Shown here one piece after another: positions 29,805 through 38,992 of a stretch of 51,627 nucleotides of DNA (positions within the stretch are counted from its first letter, which is position 1; each line of letters opens with the position of its first letter). The stretch is from an uncultured Hymenobacter sp. (GTDB lineage: Bacteria > Bacteroidota > Bacteroidia > Cytophagales > Hymenobacteraceae), in assembly GCA_964242365.1 (NCBI GenBank), contig CAXTCS010000001.1:1-51627 (forward strand), given 5' to 3'. The notes under the pieces were generated by a model that saw only the letters and a list, made by a program, of their open reading frames with translations, searched no databases and was not told the origin of the DNA. A program made the position numbers and the translations under genes.

Positions 29805-32114
29805 ATGAGTTCACCTTCGAGCAGGGCGCATTGGCTGGGAATGGCCGGCGTCGTGCTGGCCGCAGCAGCCCTGACTGCCGTTTTGTTCTGGCCGATGCTG
29901 GTCAAGCCTAACGACCATTTCGTAACTGCTGGCGGCGATGCGCTGCAGAGTTATTACGTCACGGCGTTCTATGCGATGCACAACGTGGGCACGCATTTTA
30001 CGGGCATGAATTACCCGTTTGGAGAGCATTTCAACTACCCCAACCTACAGCCGTTGCTCGCCGCCACAATGGGTTTTTTGCAGCGGTACGGGGTGCCGGC
30101 GGGCCGCTACACGGTGGCCATCACCAACCTGGTGGCGCTGTCTTCGCTGCTGATAACACCGGCGGTGCTGTATGCCATTCTGCGTAGAACGCGCCTGCCG
30201 GTGCCCTATGCGGCGGCGCTGGCTTTGATTATCAGTTTCATGGCCCCCCAGATACTCCGCCTCGATGCCCACTTGTCGCTCAGCTACGCGTGGTTTGTGC
30301 CCTGGCTCTGGTACTGCATCATTCGGGTGCAGGAAGCGCCGGGGCGGTGGCAATGGTATGGCCTGTTTGTGGCCAGCACCTTGGTCATGGCCACGATAAT
30401 GCCGTATTTCCTGGCCCTGGGCTGCTTTTTCCTATCGGGGCACGTGCTGGTGCTGGCTTGGCAGCAGCCCCGCATGCGGCCTTGGCTGGGGCGGATGGTC
30501 GTGGCGGCGTTGGTTCCATTGCTACTGTTTCGGGGCTACCTCTGGGTTACCGACCCCATCACCGACCGGCCGGCCAATCCCTACGGCCTGCTGGTATACG
30601 TGGCCACGCCCGGCACCGTGTTTACGCCCGTGCTAGGGCCGTTGCACGACTGGCGGCAGCAGCACTGGCCAAGCGCAAACGACAGCTACGAAGGCGTTTC
30701 CTACGTTGGGCTGGTGTGCACGGCTACACTGGCGGCGGCGTTTATACTGGGTTTTGGGGCCATTATCCGCCGCCGTCAGTGGCGGCGACTGGGCCGGCCG
30801 GCGCTGCCGCTGCATCTGCGCACCGGCCTGTGGGCCGCCGGGTTGCTGCTATTGCTGGCTTTCGGCTACCCGTTCAAGTGGCGGTGGCTGGATGGGCTGA
30901 CCGACCACGCCGGGCCGGTGAAGCAGTTTCGCTCGCTGGGCCGCTTTGCCTGGCCTTTCTACTACGTGGCAACTACGTACACCGCCTACTGCCTCTACCG
31001 GCTGTGGCGATACCTGCGCCGTCGGCAGTTGCATGTGGTGGCCTGGGCAGGCCTGTCGGTGCTGCTGTTCTGGGCCACCGAGGCGTGGTGGCAGGTTTCG
31101 GACAAGGCGGCCCAGGTAACAGAAGCCGTGGGAGCGAGTGACTTTCTGGACCCCGCTACCGGCCTGGCAGCCCGGCTGACCTGGGCCAGCCGGCCGGTAT
31201 CCGATTTTCAAGCCATTCTACCCCTGCCGTATTATAACATCGGTACCGACAAGTTTGACCTAAGTGGCAGTGGCAATTCAACCTACCAAGCCTATAAAAT
31301 GGCCGCCACCACGGGCCTGCCGCTATTGGCCAGCTACATTCCGCGGGCTTCGGTGAGCCAGGTCATGCAGCACGTGCAGCTGTTCAGCAGCACCTTGGTG
31401 CCCAAAACTTTGCTGGCGGCGTTCCCTAACAACAAGCCCCTGCTGCTGCTCGTGACGCCCGACGCCCTCACCGAAGCCGAGCAGCGCCTCGTGTGCCTGG
31501 GGCACCTGTTGGTGCAAGGCCCCGAGGGCGCGCTCTACGAGTTGCCGCTCGCCGCCTTAGGGGCAACTTCGCTGGCACACGAGCGCGCCAAAGCCGATTC
31601 GCTGCTGCCCACGCTGCCCCTGCGACCGGGCGGGCTGCGCGCCACCACGCCGGCCGGCGTCATCGTCCAGGGCTACGACGGCGCTTCCGACCGTCGGGGT
31701 CGGCTGCATCCGGGTGCGTTCTATGCCCCCAAAGAAGGCTTTTCGACGCTCTACGATGGGGGGCTGCCCATGCCCGCCGATACTGGCCGCTACGAAGCGT
31801 CGGTGTGGCTATACGGCAAATCAGACTACGGCTTCGGCAACATGCAAGTCAAATTGTACGATGCCACGGGCCAGGAACTTGACCACCAAACCGCCGATGC
31901 CCGCCACGCCACGGAAGTACTGGGCGACTGGGTGCGGGTGGTGGTGCCGTTCCGCCGCTCGCCCCAGGCCGTACGCCTCGAAATTTTGTATGACAACCGC
32001 GACTTGCTGGTTGATGACTTGCTCGTTCGGCCCCTCAATACCGACGTGTACTATTATGTGGGAACGGGTGCTCGCCGCCAGCTAATCAAGAATACCTATC
32101 CGCTCAACCCCTGA
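29805..32114 (+). CDS. Multi-TM GT-C-like glycosyltransferase with C-terminal CBM-like domain (paralog of 21237)
   Basis: GDALQSYY, GMNYPFGEH, QFRSLGRFAW, FQAILPLPYY, YEASVW, GDWVRV, VDDL. Confidence 0.72.
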   Translation: MSSPSSRAHWLGMAGVVLAAAALTAVLFWPMLVKPNDHFVTAGGDALQSYYVTAFYAMHNVGTHFTGMNYPFGEHFNYPNLQPLLAATMGFLQRYGVPAGRYTVAITNLVALSSLLITPAVLYAILRRTRLPVPYAAALALIISFMAPQILRLDAHLSLSYAWFVPWLWYCIIRVQEAPGRWQWYGLFVASTLVMATIMPYFLALGCFFLSGHVLVLAWQQPRMRPWLGRMVVAALVPLLLFRGYLWVTDPITDRPANPYGLLVYVATPGTVFTPVLGPLHDWRQQHWPSANDSYEGVSYVGLVCTATLAAAFILGFGAIIRRRQWRRLGRPALPLHLRTGLWAAGLLLLLAFGYPFKWRWLDGLTDHAGPVKQFRSLGRFAWPFYYVATTYTAYCLYRLWRYLRRRQLHVVAWAGLSVLLFWATEAWWQVSDKAAQVTEAVGASDFLDPATGLAARLTWASRPVSDFQAILPLPYYNIGTDKFDLSGSGNSTYQAYKMAATTGLPLLASYIPRASVSQVMQHVQLFSSTLVPKTLLAAFPNNKPLLLLVTPDALTEAEQRLVCLGHLLVQGPEGALYELPLAALGATSLAHERAKADSLLPTLPLRPGGLRATTPAGVIVQGYDGASDRRGRLHPGAFYAPKEGFSTLYDGGLPMPADTGRYEASVWLYGKSDYGFGNMQVKLYDATGQELDHQTADARHATEVLGDWVRVVVPFRRSPQAVRLEILYDNRDLLVDDLLVRPLNTDVYYYVGTGARRQLIKNTYPLNP

Positions 32115-32121
32115 TTTCGGC

Positions 32122-32141
32122 CCGACCGAAACCTCGGTCGG
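32122..32141. terminator. GC-rich hairpin between convergent genes (possible terminator)
   Basis: ccgaccga-aacc-tcggtcgg, 8 bp stem, no clear U-tract. Confidence 0.35.
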
Positions 32142-32167
32142 ACCTGGCAAAAGGGCCGTGTTATGCC

Positions 32168-32713
32168 TTACGGCTCCAGCGTCACGCGCAAATCGTCGAG
32201 GTACACCGGCTGGCCGCCACCGGTGCGCCACAGGTAGATGCCCAGCGGGCTGATGGGCAGCGCTTTGTCGGGAATGGTAACTACCTTGCTCACTTCGGCC
32301 CATTTTCCCACGGTGCTGGCGTTGTTCAATTCAAGGGCGTCCCAAAGCAGTGGTTTGTCGTTGGCCGGGTCGGGGTTGCCCACGGTCACGACCAGGGATG
32401 CTTTGGCGTCGGCCGTGGGAACGAATGCCCAAGCTGTTACCTTGATTTTCTTAATGCGCGTTTCGTGCAGTTGGCCCAGCATCGCCTTGTAGCCCAGGCT
32501 GTAATCGTGGCCGGGGTCCACCTTCAAGGCATAGCGGCCCGAATGGGCTTTGTCGCGGCTGAGCGTGGCGCTCTGCGCTTCGGGTAGCCACCCGGCCAAC
32601 GTGTCAAAGTCGCTGCTAACCAACACGTTTTGGTTGTTAGCGGTGGCGTCATTGCCGCAGCTAGTAGCCGTTAAGGCCACCAGAGAGCCTAGCAAAAGGA
32701 AGGGGTTTTTCAT
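32168..32713 (-). CDS. Lipoprotein with CBM-like beta-sandwich (paralog 3 of 4)
   Basis: MKNPFLLL...TATSC; SDFDTLAGW, AHSGRY, VTAWAFVP, IYLWR, VYLDDL. Confidence 0.82.
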   Translation of the reverse strand: MKNPFLLLGSLVALTATSCGNDATANNQNVLVSSDFDTLAGWLPEAQSATLSRDKAHSGRYALKVDPGHDYSLGYKAMLGQLHETRIKKIKVTAWAFVPTADAKASLVVTVGNPDPANDKPLLWDALELNNASTVGKWAEVSKVVTIPDKALPISPLGIYLWRTGGGQPVYLDDLRVTLEP

Positions 32714-32793
32714 AAAATCAGAAAGTGTGATGCTTGTCAGTCGAAAAATACAAGAAGGCGCTGCCGGGTTGGTTTTTTGCTGCCACCGCAGGG

Positions 32794-33351
32794 TTACCAC
32801 AACTCAGTCAGGCGCAAGTCGTCGGCGTACACAGGCGCGTTCGCGTTCACTTTCCAGAGGTAAATCACCAACTGGGTGTTGGAATGGATGCCGGCGGGTA
32901 AGTCCAGGTCGCGGCTCACGTATTTCCATTGCCCGAACGGGCCGCTATCGTTGAGATACAAATACTTGCTGAGAATTGGGTGGTCGGGGTCGGCGGGGTT
33001 GCTAATGGAGGCCACGATTACGGCATTGTCCTGGAAGCGGGGCACCCACACCCAGGCGCTCAGCGTGAGCCGGCGCGGCCGGTGGCCGGGGCAGAGCGCG
33101 CCCAGGCTGGAGCGGTAGGTAAACGAATACGCGTTCTGGGGGTCCACGCGCATGGCGTATTTCCCAGTGTGCACTTTAACCGTCGTGAGGGTAGGGGCTA
33201 TTTCCGGCGCCCAGCCCGCCATCTCTTCAAAGCTGGTGTGCATGAGTTCGCGCTGCTTGGTTGCGGACCGGCCGCCGCGGGGCTGACATCCGGCAACGGC
33301 CCACAGGCCCGGCAGCACCAGCAGCCACGTTTTTCGAATCAGTTGGGTCAT
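32794..33351 (-). CDS. Lipoprotein with CBM-like beta-sandwich (paralog 4 of 4)
   Basis: Lipobox VAGC; TSFEEMAGW, VHTGKY, LSAWVWVP, IYLWK, VYADDL. Confidence 0.82.
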   Translation of the reverse strand: MTQLIRKTWLLVLPGLWAVAGCQPRGGRSATKQRELMHTSFEEMAGWAPEIAPTLTTVKVHTGKYAMRVDPQNAYSFTYRSSLGALCPGHRPRRLTLSAWVWVPRFQDNAVIVASISNPADPDHPILSKYLYLNDSGPFGQWKYVSRDLDLPAGIHSNTQLVIYLWKVNANAPVYADDLRLTELW

Positions 33352-33397
33352 TGCAAGGGGCTAGGCAGTTAGCAGTCAAAAGGCGCCGGGCGGGCAC

Positions 33398-34969
33398 CTA
33401 CCAGGGCCGCAGGCGATTGCGGCGCCGAAACACCATCGCGGGTTGCTGGCCCACGGCCTCAAACTCGGCGGTCAGGGCGGTGTGCTGCGGCGCCAGCTGT
33501 GCATAAACGCTGGGAGCCATAATCAGGTAATCGAGGCTGTCGGCAGCCATGCGGTCGAGAAAATCGGCAGGCGTGATGACCGCCACATTTTCGGGGCGCC
33601 AAGTGAGGCCGCGCCGGTCAAAATAGACCAGCGGCACGTTGGGCCCATCTTCGTTGAACACTAAAACGTTTGAGGCTTCGGGTACGCCTGCTTCTGCCAG
33701 TTCGGCCGCGCCGCCGCGCATCCATACGTGGCTGTAGGGCGAGAAGGGCGGGTAATCGTCGCCCATGCGTCGGTGCAGGCGCTTGTAGCCGTTGGCTACC
33801 AGAAAAAATATCAGCACCCCAAAACCAATGCTGGTGAGGTAGCGCACCGGCCCGGCGTAGCGGCTTAGGTTCAGCAGGGCCAGCACAAGTAAGAGCATGG
33901 CCGGTGGCCCCATGATGCAAATCATGTAATAGTCGTGGACGCCCAGTTGGGCGCTCATCATCAGAACCATGGCGTAGGCAATGAGTACCGATGCGGCCAG
34001 TAGCAACGTCAGGGGCAGGTAGCGGCGCAAGTTGGGTAGTAAAAAAGCCGCGAACAAGGCCACGCAGACGCCCAACGTGCGGTATTGGGTGATGGTAGCA
34101 TACTCCGCCAGCCAGCTGAGCCGCACGTAGTACAGCACCTCGTGCCACGTTTCCAGGTCCTGGGCGGGGTTGGGCTTGGTTAGGAAAAGCCACGACTGGT
34201 GGGTTTCGTTGAGGCTCAGGTTATGCAGAAAAAAGAAGATGATAAGGCCGCAACCCGCTGCGGCCACCACCAGGAGCTGCCACCGTTCTTTCGGGAGCAG
34301 CAGCTCGGGCCGCAAAAAGGCCCAAATCAGGGTAATGCCCACGACGGCTCCAAAGTGCAGTGCAATGGTGGTTTTGATGAGTCCGGCCAGGGCAAACACC
34401 AAAATTGCCACCCGCAAATCACCAAAGCGCTGGTCATCAAAAAAACGCAGCCAGTAATAGTAACCCACGAAGGTCAGGCTCAGGCTAAAGGGGTCGGGCA
34501 AAAAATTGCCGGCATAGAAAGCAAAAAACGGCGAGGCCAGCAGAAACGCGCCGGGCAGCAGGCCGGCCACAAAGTGCCCCGTGCGCTCGAATATTAACCT
34601 AAACAAGTAATAAAACCCGAGGACGGTCATCGCCACGTCCAGCAGTCGGAATAGCGTAACAATGCTGCCACGCCCGAATAACAGGCCACCCAGGGCCGCC
34701 AGGTACGCCTGGAGGGGAAATTCTACCCCGGTAATGCCCCCGATAGAGGCCAGCGCGTACGTGCGGGGCGTAAGAAAATGGAATCCGTAGTCGTAGTAAT
34801 TGATTGCCAGGGCCAGCCGGTCGCACTGCGCCCAAGTGTGAATGCCAGTAGGTAATTCGGACAGGTAGGGAAAATAAAATACGGCTCCCGCAACGATGAA
34901 AAATAAAGCCGCCGCTGCGTGGTAGGGACGCGGCCGAAACGACCGCAGCGAAGCAACGGAAAGGAGCAT
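33398..34969 (-). CDS. GT-C glycosyltransferase, ArnT/PMT (GT39/GT83)-like
   Basis: IHTWAQCDRLALA, EFPLQAYL, FLPDPFSL, HDYY; about 12 TM segments. Confidence 0.8.
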   Translation of the reverse strand: MLLSVASLRSFRPRPYHAAAALFFIVAGAVFYFPYLSELPTGIHTWAQCDRLALAINYYDYGFHFLTPRTYALASIGGITGVEFPLQAYLAALGGLLFGRGSIVTLFRLLDVAMTVLGFYYLFRLIFERTGHFVAGLLPGAFLLASPFFAFYAGNFLPDPFSLSLTFVGYYYWLRFFDDQRFGDLRVAILVFALAGLIKTTIALHFGAVVGITLIWAFLRPELLLPKERWQLLVVAAAGCGLIIFFFLHNLSLNETHQSWLFLTKPNPAQDLETWHEVLYYVRLSWLAEYATITQYRTLGVCVALFAAFLLPNLRRYLPLTLLLAASVLIAYAMVLMMSAQLGVHDYYMICIMGPPAMLLLVLALLNLSRYAGPVRYLTSIGFGVLIFFLVANGYKRLHRRMGDDYPPFSPYSHVWMRGGAAELAEAGVPEASNVLVFNEDGPNVPLVYFDRRGLTWRPENVAVITPADFLDRMAADSLDYLIMAPSVYAQLAPQHTALTAEFEAVGQQPAMVFRRRNRLRPW

Positions 34970-35001
34970 AAAAAATCAGTAATCAGACTAAGAAAGACGG
35001 G

Positions 35002-35009
35002 CAAAAGTA
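35002..35009 (-). promoter_or_regulatory. Bacteroidota -7 promoter element
   Basis: TACTTTTG on the minus strand upstream of ATG 34969. Confidence 0.5.
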
Positions 35010-35145
35010 AGGTGCATCCTGTCTGAAAAAGAAAACAGCAGTTGATTCCAGCCGGTACCAACGGCGAACGAGGCGTTCGTTTGCTGTTGTGTCGGATAAT
35101 GTGAGCCCAAAAAATGATAGCTGAGGCCAGCTAAGCGAACTTATG

Positions 35146-35153
35146 TACTTTTG
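35146..35153 (+). promoter_or_regulatory. Bacteroidota -7 promoter element
   Basis: TACTTTTG 6 nt upstream of ATG 35160. Confidence 0.5.
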
Positions 35154-35159
35154 CTTGGC

Positions 35160-35918
35160 ATGGACCTAACATACGAAGCCAAATACCACCAACTCGAAGA
35201 GCAGCATTGGTGGTTTGCCAGCCGCCGCGACGCGGTGTATGACCTGATTGAAAGCCTGCGGTTGCCCAATAACGCGGCGATTCTGGAAATCGGCTGCTCG
35301 GGCGGGCCCCTGATGCAACGCCTGCGGGCGGCTGGCTACCCCGACGTGACGGGCATCGACGTGAGCGCCCCCGCCATCGAGCTGGCCCATGCCCGCGGCG
35401 TGGCCAACGCCTCGCTGATGGACGGCGCCGCCCTGGAATTTGCCGACGCCCGGTTCGATGTGGTCATTGCGTCCGATGTGCTCGAACACATCGAGGACGA
35501 GGCTGAGGCGCTACGCGAATGGACCCGCGTGCTCAAGCCCGGCGGCCAGCTGCTCGTGTTTGTGCCGGCGCACGCCTATTTGTGGAGCGAACACGATGTG
35601 GTGAACCATCACTTCCGGCGGTATTCACGCCAGGGACTGGTGGCGGCGCTGGGCCGCGCCGGCCTGCGCACCCGGCGCAGCTCGTTTTGGAACGCAGCCA
35701 TGTATTTCCCGACCGCGGCGTTGCGACTGGGCCGCCGGCTGCTCACGGGCCCGGTATCGTCCCAAAAAAAGCCTGGTTCGACGGGTGATTTGGTGCACGT
35801 GGCCGGCCCGGTTAATAAGCTGCTCTTGCAGTGGGTGAAGGCAGAAAACTGGCTGTTGCGCCGTTTCGACCTGCCGCTGGGCGTGAGTGTGTTCGCGTTG
35901 GCCGAAAAGCCCGCCTGA
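35160..35918 (+). CDS. Class I SAM-dependent methyltransferase
   Basis: HWWF, ILEIGCSGG, DVLEHIED, LKPGG, HFRRY. Confidence 0.92.
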   Translation: MDLTYEAKYHQLEEQHWWFASRRDAVYDLIESLRLPNNAAILEIGCSGGPLMQRLRAAGYPDVTGIDVSAPAIELAHARGVANASLMDGAALEFADARFDVVIASDVLEHIEDEAEALREWTRVLKPGGQLLVFVPAHAYLWSEHDVVNHHFRRYSRQGLVAALGRAGLRTRRSSFWNAAMYFPTAALRLGRRLLTGPVSSQKKPGSTGDLVHVAGPVNKLLLQWVKAENWLLRRFDLPLGVSVFALAEKPA

Positions 35919-35954
35919 CCGTCTAGTTTGTCGTCTTCCCTGACCATTTGCCGC

Positions 35955-36911
35955 GTGGAGCTCTCTATCATTGTCCCCATCTACAACGAGGAAGCCAACA
36001 TTGGTGAGCTCTATCGCCGTTTGCTGGGCGTGCTGGAGCCCCTGGCACTGCCCGGCGGCTTCGAGCTGATTTTTGTCAACGACGGCTCGCGGGACCAATC
36101 CTTGCCGCTACTCCTGAATTTAGCTGCCCGCGACCAGCGGGTGCGCTACATTGATTTCAGCCGCAATTTCGGGCACCAAATTGCCGTCACGGCCGGCCTC
36201 GACCGGGCTGTGGGCGACGCGGTGGTCATTATCGACGCCGACTTGCAAGACCCGCCCGAGCTAATCCCGTTGCTGCTCGAAAAAATGCGCGAAGGCTACG
36301 AAGTGGTGTACGCCAAGCGGCGCTCGCGCCAAGGCGACGGCGCCGCCAAAAAGCTGACCGCCCGCTTGTTTTATCGCGTGCTGGCCAGCATTACCCACAT
36401 TTCCATTCCCGTCGACACCGGCGATTTTCGCATTATTTCCCGCAAGGTGGTCGAAGGTTTGCGGCTTATGCCCGAGCAGAACAAGTTCATCCGGGGCCAG
36501 ATTTCCTGGATTGGTTACCGCCAAACCTTTATTGAGTACGACCGGGCCGAGCGGGCTGGGGGCGAAACCGGCTACACCTACCGCAAGATGCTGCGACTGG
36601 CCCTGGACGGCATCACGGCTTTTTCGGACGTGCCGCTCAAGGCCGCGACCATCGGTGGCTTTCTGGTGTCCGGAGTAGCTTTTTTGGTCGGTATCTACAC
36701 CCTGTATTCGCGTTTCGTCACCCACGACTACCAGCCGGGCTGGCCGTCGCTCATGGTCAGCATCCTGTTTCTGGGCGGGGTGCAGCTTATTTCGGTGGGC
36801 ATCATCGGCGAATACATTGCTCGCCTGTCGGCCAACGTCCGCCAACGGCCGCTCTACCTGGTTTCGGACACGAACATCCCCGCCGCGGCCGCGCCCGCTG
36901 CGGGCAGATGA
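35955..36911 (+). CDS. GT2 glycosyltransferase, GtrB/YkoT-like undecaprenyl-phosphate glycosyltransferase
   Basis: LSIIVPIYNEE, VNDGSRD, FSRNFGHQIA, IDADLQDPPE, TGDFR, two C-terminal TM segments, GEYIAR, RPLY. Confidence 0.93.
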   Translation: MELSIIVPIYNEEANIGELYRRLLGVLEPLALPGGFELIFVNDGSRDQSLPLLLNLAARDQRVRYIDFSRNFGHQIAVTAGLDRAVGDAVVIIDADLQDPPELIPLLLEKMREGYEVVYAKRRSRQGDGAAKKLTARLFYRVLASITHISIPVDTGDFRIISRKVVEGLRLMPEQNKFIRGQISWIGYRQTFIEYDRAERAGGETGYTYRKMLRLALDGITAFSDVPLKAATIGGFLVSGVAFLVGIYTLYSRFVTHDYQPGWPSLMVSILFLGGVQLISVGIIGEYIARLSANVRQRPLYLVSDTNIPAAAAPAAGR

Positions 36912-36915
36912 GGCG

Positions 36916-38841
36916 TCAGGGCTTGGGCGCGGTGTCTGGGGTGCTCTTTGGGTACCATTCGTAGAGCGACCAACTGCCCTGGTGCCGAATGCGGTGCATG
37001 TGCTGTTCCAAAACAAAGGCCGGCTCGCGCTCAAACGCCGCCTTCATCAGGGGGCGTTCGCGCACCGCGTCGCGGTAATAATTGTTGCGGCCATCGAAAT
37101 AAGTGGTGTCCAGAAACACCAGAATGGGCCGCTGGTCGAGCAAGGCTAGCAATTCGGGTGCGGGCCCACCGGGCCGGAACATCGAAAACAGCTGCTCGGC
37201 CTGGGCCGGAATAGCGCGCGCGCCTTTGTGGGTCATCAGCGGCAGCCCCGACACCATCGACAACTGGTACGTCAGAGTGCAATTCGTGTCTTCGGGGTCC
37301 ACCGTGAGCGGGTAGTTGTCGCCTTCAGTGCCTACGTAATAGTACGGCAGCGGCAAAATGGCTTGGTACCGGCTGGCATCGGGCCACCCCAGAAACTGGC
37401 TGATGGCGGCCGTGGCATCGGGGTCGCTGAGCACGTTGATGCGCTGCGTGCTGGTTTTGTAAAAATGCACAGCGTTGGCCGTGTCGACTACCAGCAGCCC
37501 GCATAGCGCGAGCAAGCCCCAGCGCAGGCCGGGCAGGTGCCGCCACCGCGCCGCGTACCAGCCAAAGGCCAGCACCACTGCCCACCAGAACGGCCAGATG
37601 AACCGGCCCAGTACCCGGAACTGTGTGATGCGCTCGGTGAGCTTGTGCAGCCACATGAATACGTTCAGGTAGTTGTGCACCACGTAGTTCCCGTTGTCCA
37701 ATTCAATTTTCTCGCCCAGGGCGATAAGGGCCATGGGCAAGCCGGCTAGCACGAAGTACTTCACAAACGGAAAACCCGGGTCCTGCGCTAGCTGGGGCAG
37801 GCGGGCCTCGGCTGGCAGGCGGCGAAAAAAGGCGAACCCGACCACTAGCAGCAAGCCGAAAAGCACGAAACTGGTGAGGTAGGCGGCAGATTCGTAGGGA
37901 ATGCCGCCCGTGCGCTCAAACGGGAACCGGATTTTATTGTAGCTGTAGCCCGCAAACAGGGCCCCGAATTGAAACTTCCACTCTATCCAGTCGTAGCCGT
38001 TGCTGCTGGCCGGGCGTTGGCTGGCGCGCGGGTCGAGCAGTTGCAGCAGCCCGGCCGTCAGTGCCAGCGCCGCCACCAGTGTGGCCCCGATGCCCACTAC
38101 CAGCGGCTGCCAGGGGCGGTGCGTGCGCCAGCTTTCGTACAGCAGGCCGGTGCCGAAGAAGACCAAAAAACCTCCCAGTAGCGGCAGGTAATAAAAGTGC
38201 AGCCACGAAGCCACCACAATTCCCACCAATAGCAGGCCAAAATGCCGGGTCAGGGGCTGATTGGCGCGCCAGGCGTCGAAAAACCGTTGCAAAGCCCAGA
38301 TGAAAAACAGCACGGCAGGCGTATACGCCAGGCTCATGTGCCCCACGGTGAGCCGCAGGGTTTGGGGGCCAAGCCACGGCAGGGCCACGGCCAGTAGTAC
38401 CGTCAGCCAGCCGGGTACGGCCAGCCGGCGCAGGATGAGCACCAACAGCCCGGTGGCCACCACCAAGCTGCTCAAAATGAATAAATCGTACAAATACAGC
38501 CCGTAGGGGGCCAGGCCCGGCACGGTTTGCACCAGCCAGTGCAGGGGCGCCACCAGCAGCGGAGTGCTGTCGGTGTAGTACATATATTCCCCGAAAGGGT
38601 AGTTATGCGCGTGCAGCAGCATGCCATCGCCTAAAGGTTGCCGCAAAAACGAAGCCACCGAGAAATAGCTTTTGATGCCGTCGTAGTGGTCGACAATGAT
38701 ATACTTTCCTGGATGAAAAATCAAGTCGGCGCACGCGTATCCGAGCAGTACAATTTGCATCAGGAGGGCCATTAACGCGACGGTCCACAAGGCGGCCGAA
38801 TAGTTGAGAACCGACCAAAATCGGGGTAGTTTCAGGTTCAT
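36916..38841 (-). CDS. Multi-TM GT-C-like glycosyltransferase (paralog of 21237 and 29805, without the terminal CBM-like domain)
   Basis: YDGIKSYF, HNYPFGEY, QFRVLGRFIW, YQAILPLPYY. Confidence 0.72.
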   Translation of the reverse strand: MNLKLPRFWSVLNYSAALWTVALMALLMQIVLLGYACADLIFHPGKYIIVDHYDGIKSYFSVASFLRQPLGDGMLLHAHNYPFGEYMYYTDSTPLLVAPLHWLVQTVPGLAPYGLYLYDLFILSSLVVATGLLVLILRRLAVPGWLTVLLAVALPWLGPQTLRLTVGHMSLAYTPAVLFFIWALQRFFDAWRANQPLTRHFGLLLVGIVVASWLHFYYLPLLGGFLVFFGTGLLYESWRTHRPWQPLVVGIGATLVAALALTAGLLQLLDPRASQRPASSNGYDWIEWKFQFGALFAGYSYNKIRFPFERTGGIPYESAAYLTSFVLFGLLLVVGFAFFRRLPAEARLPQLAQDPGFPFVKYFVLAGLPMALIALGEKIELDNGNYVVHNYLNVFMWLHKLTERITQFRVLGRFIWPFWWAVVLAFGWYAARWRHLPGLRWGLLALCGLLVVDTANAVHFYKTSTQRINVLSDPDATAAISQFLGWPDASRYQAILPLPYYYVGTEGDNYPLTVDPEDTNCTLTYQLSMVSGLPLMTHKGARAIPAQAEQLFSMFRPGGPAPELLALLDQRPILVFLDTTYFDGRNNYYRDAVRERPLMKAAFEREPAFVLEQHMHRIRHQGSWSLYEWYPKSTPDTAPKP

Positions 38842-38957
38842 AGATAAGGGGCAAGCTTGTAATCAGGCGGCAAATTAGGGCCTAAATACCGGCTGTGCCC
38901 GAAGCCCCAGGCCGCAGCAGCGCTCCTGGCAGTGCTGGCTTTGCGGCCAGAGTCCGC

Positions 38958-38965
38958 TAGTTTTG
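38958..38965 (+). promoter_or_regulatory. Bacteroidota -7 promoter element
   Basis: TAGTTTTG upstream of ATG 38993. Confidence 0.5.
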
Positions 38966-38992
38966 GCAGTTCCTCAACTATTGCCAAGGCTC

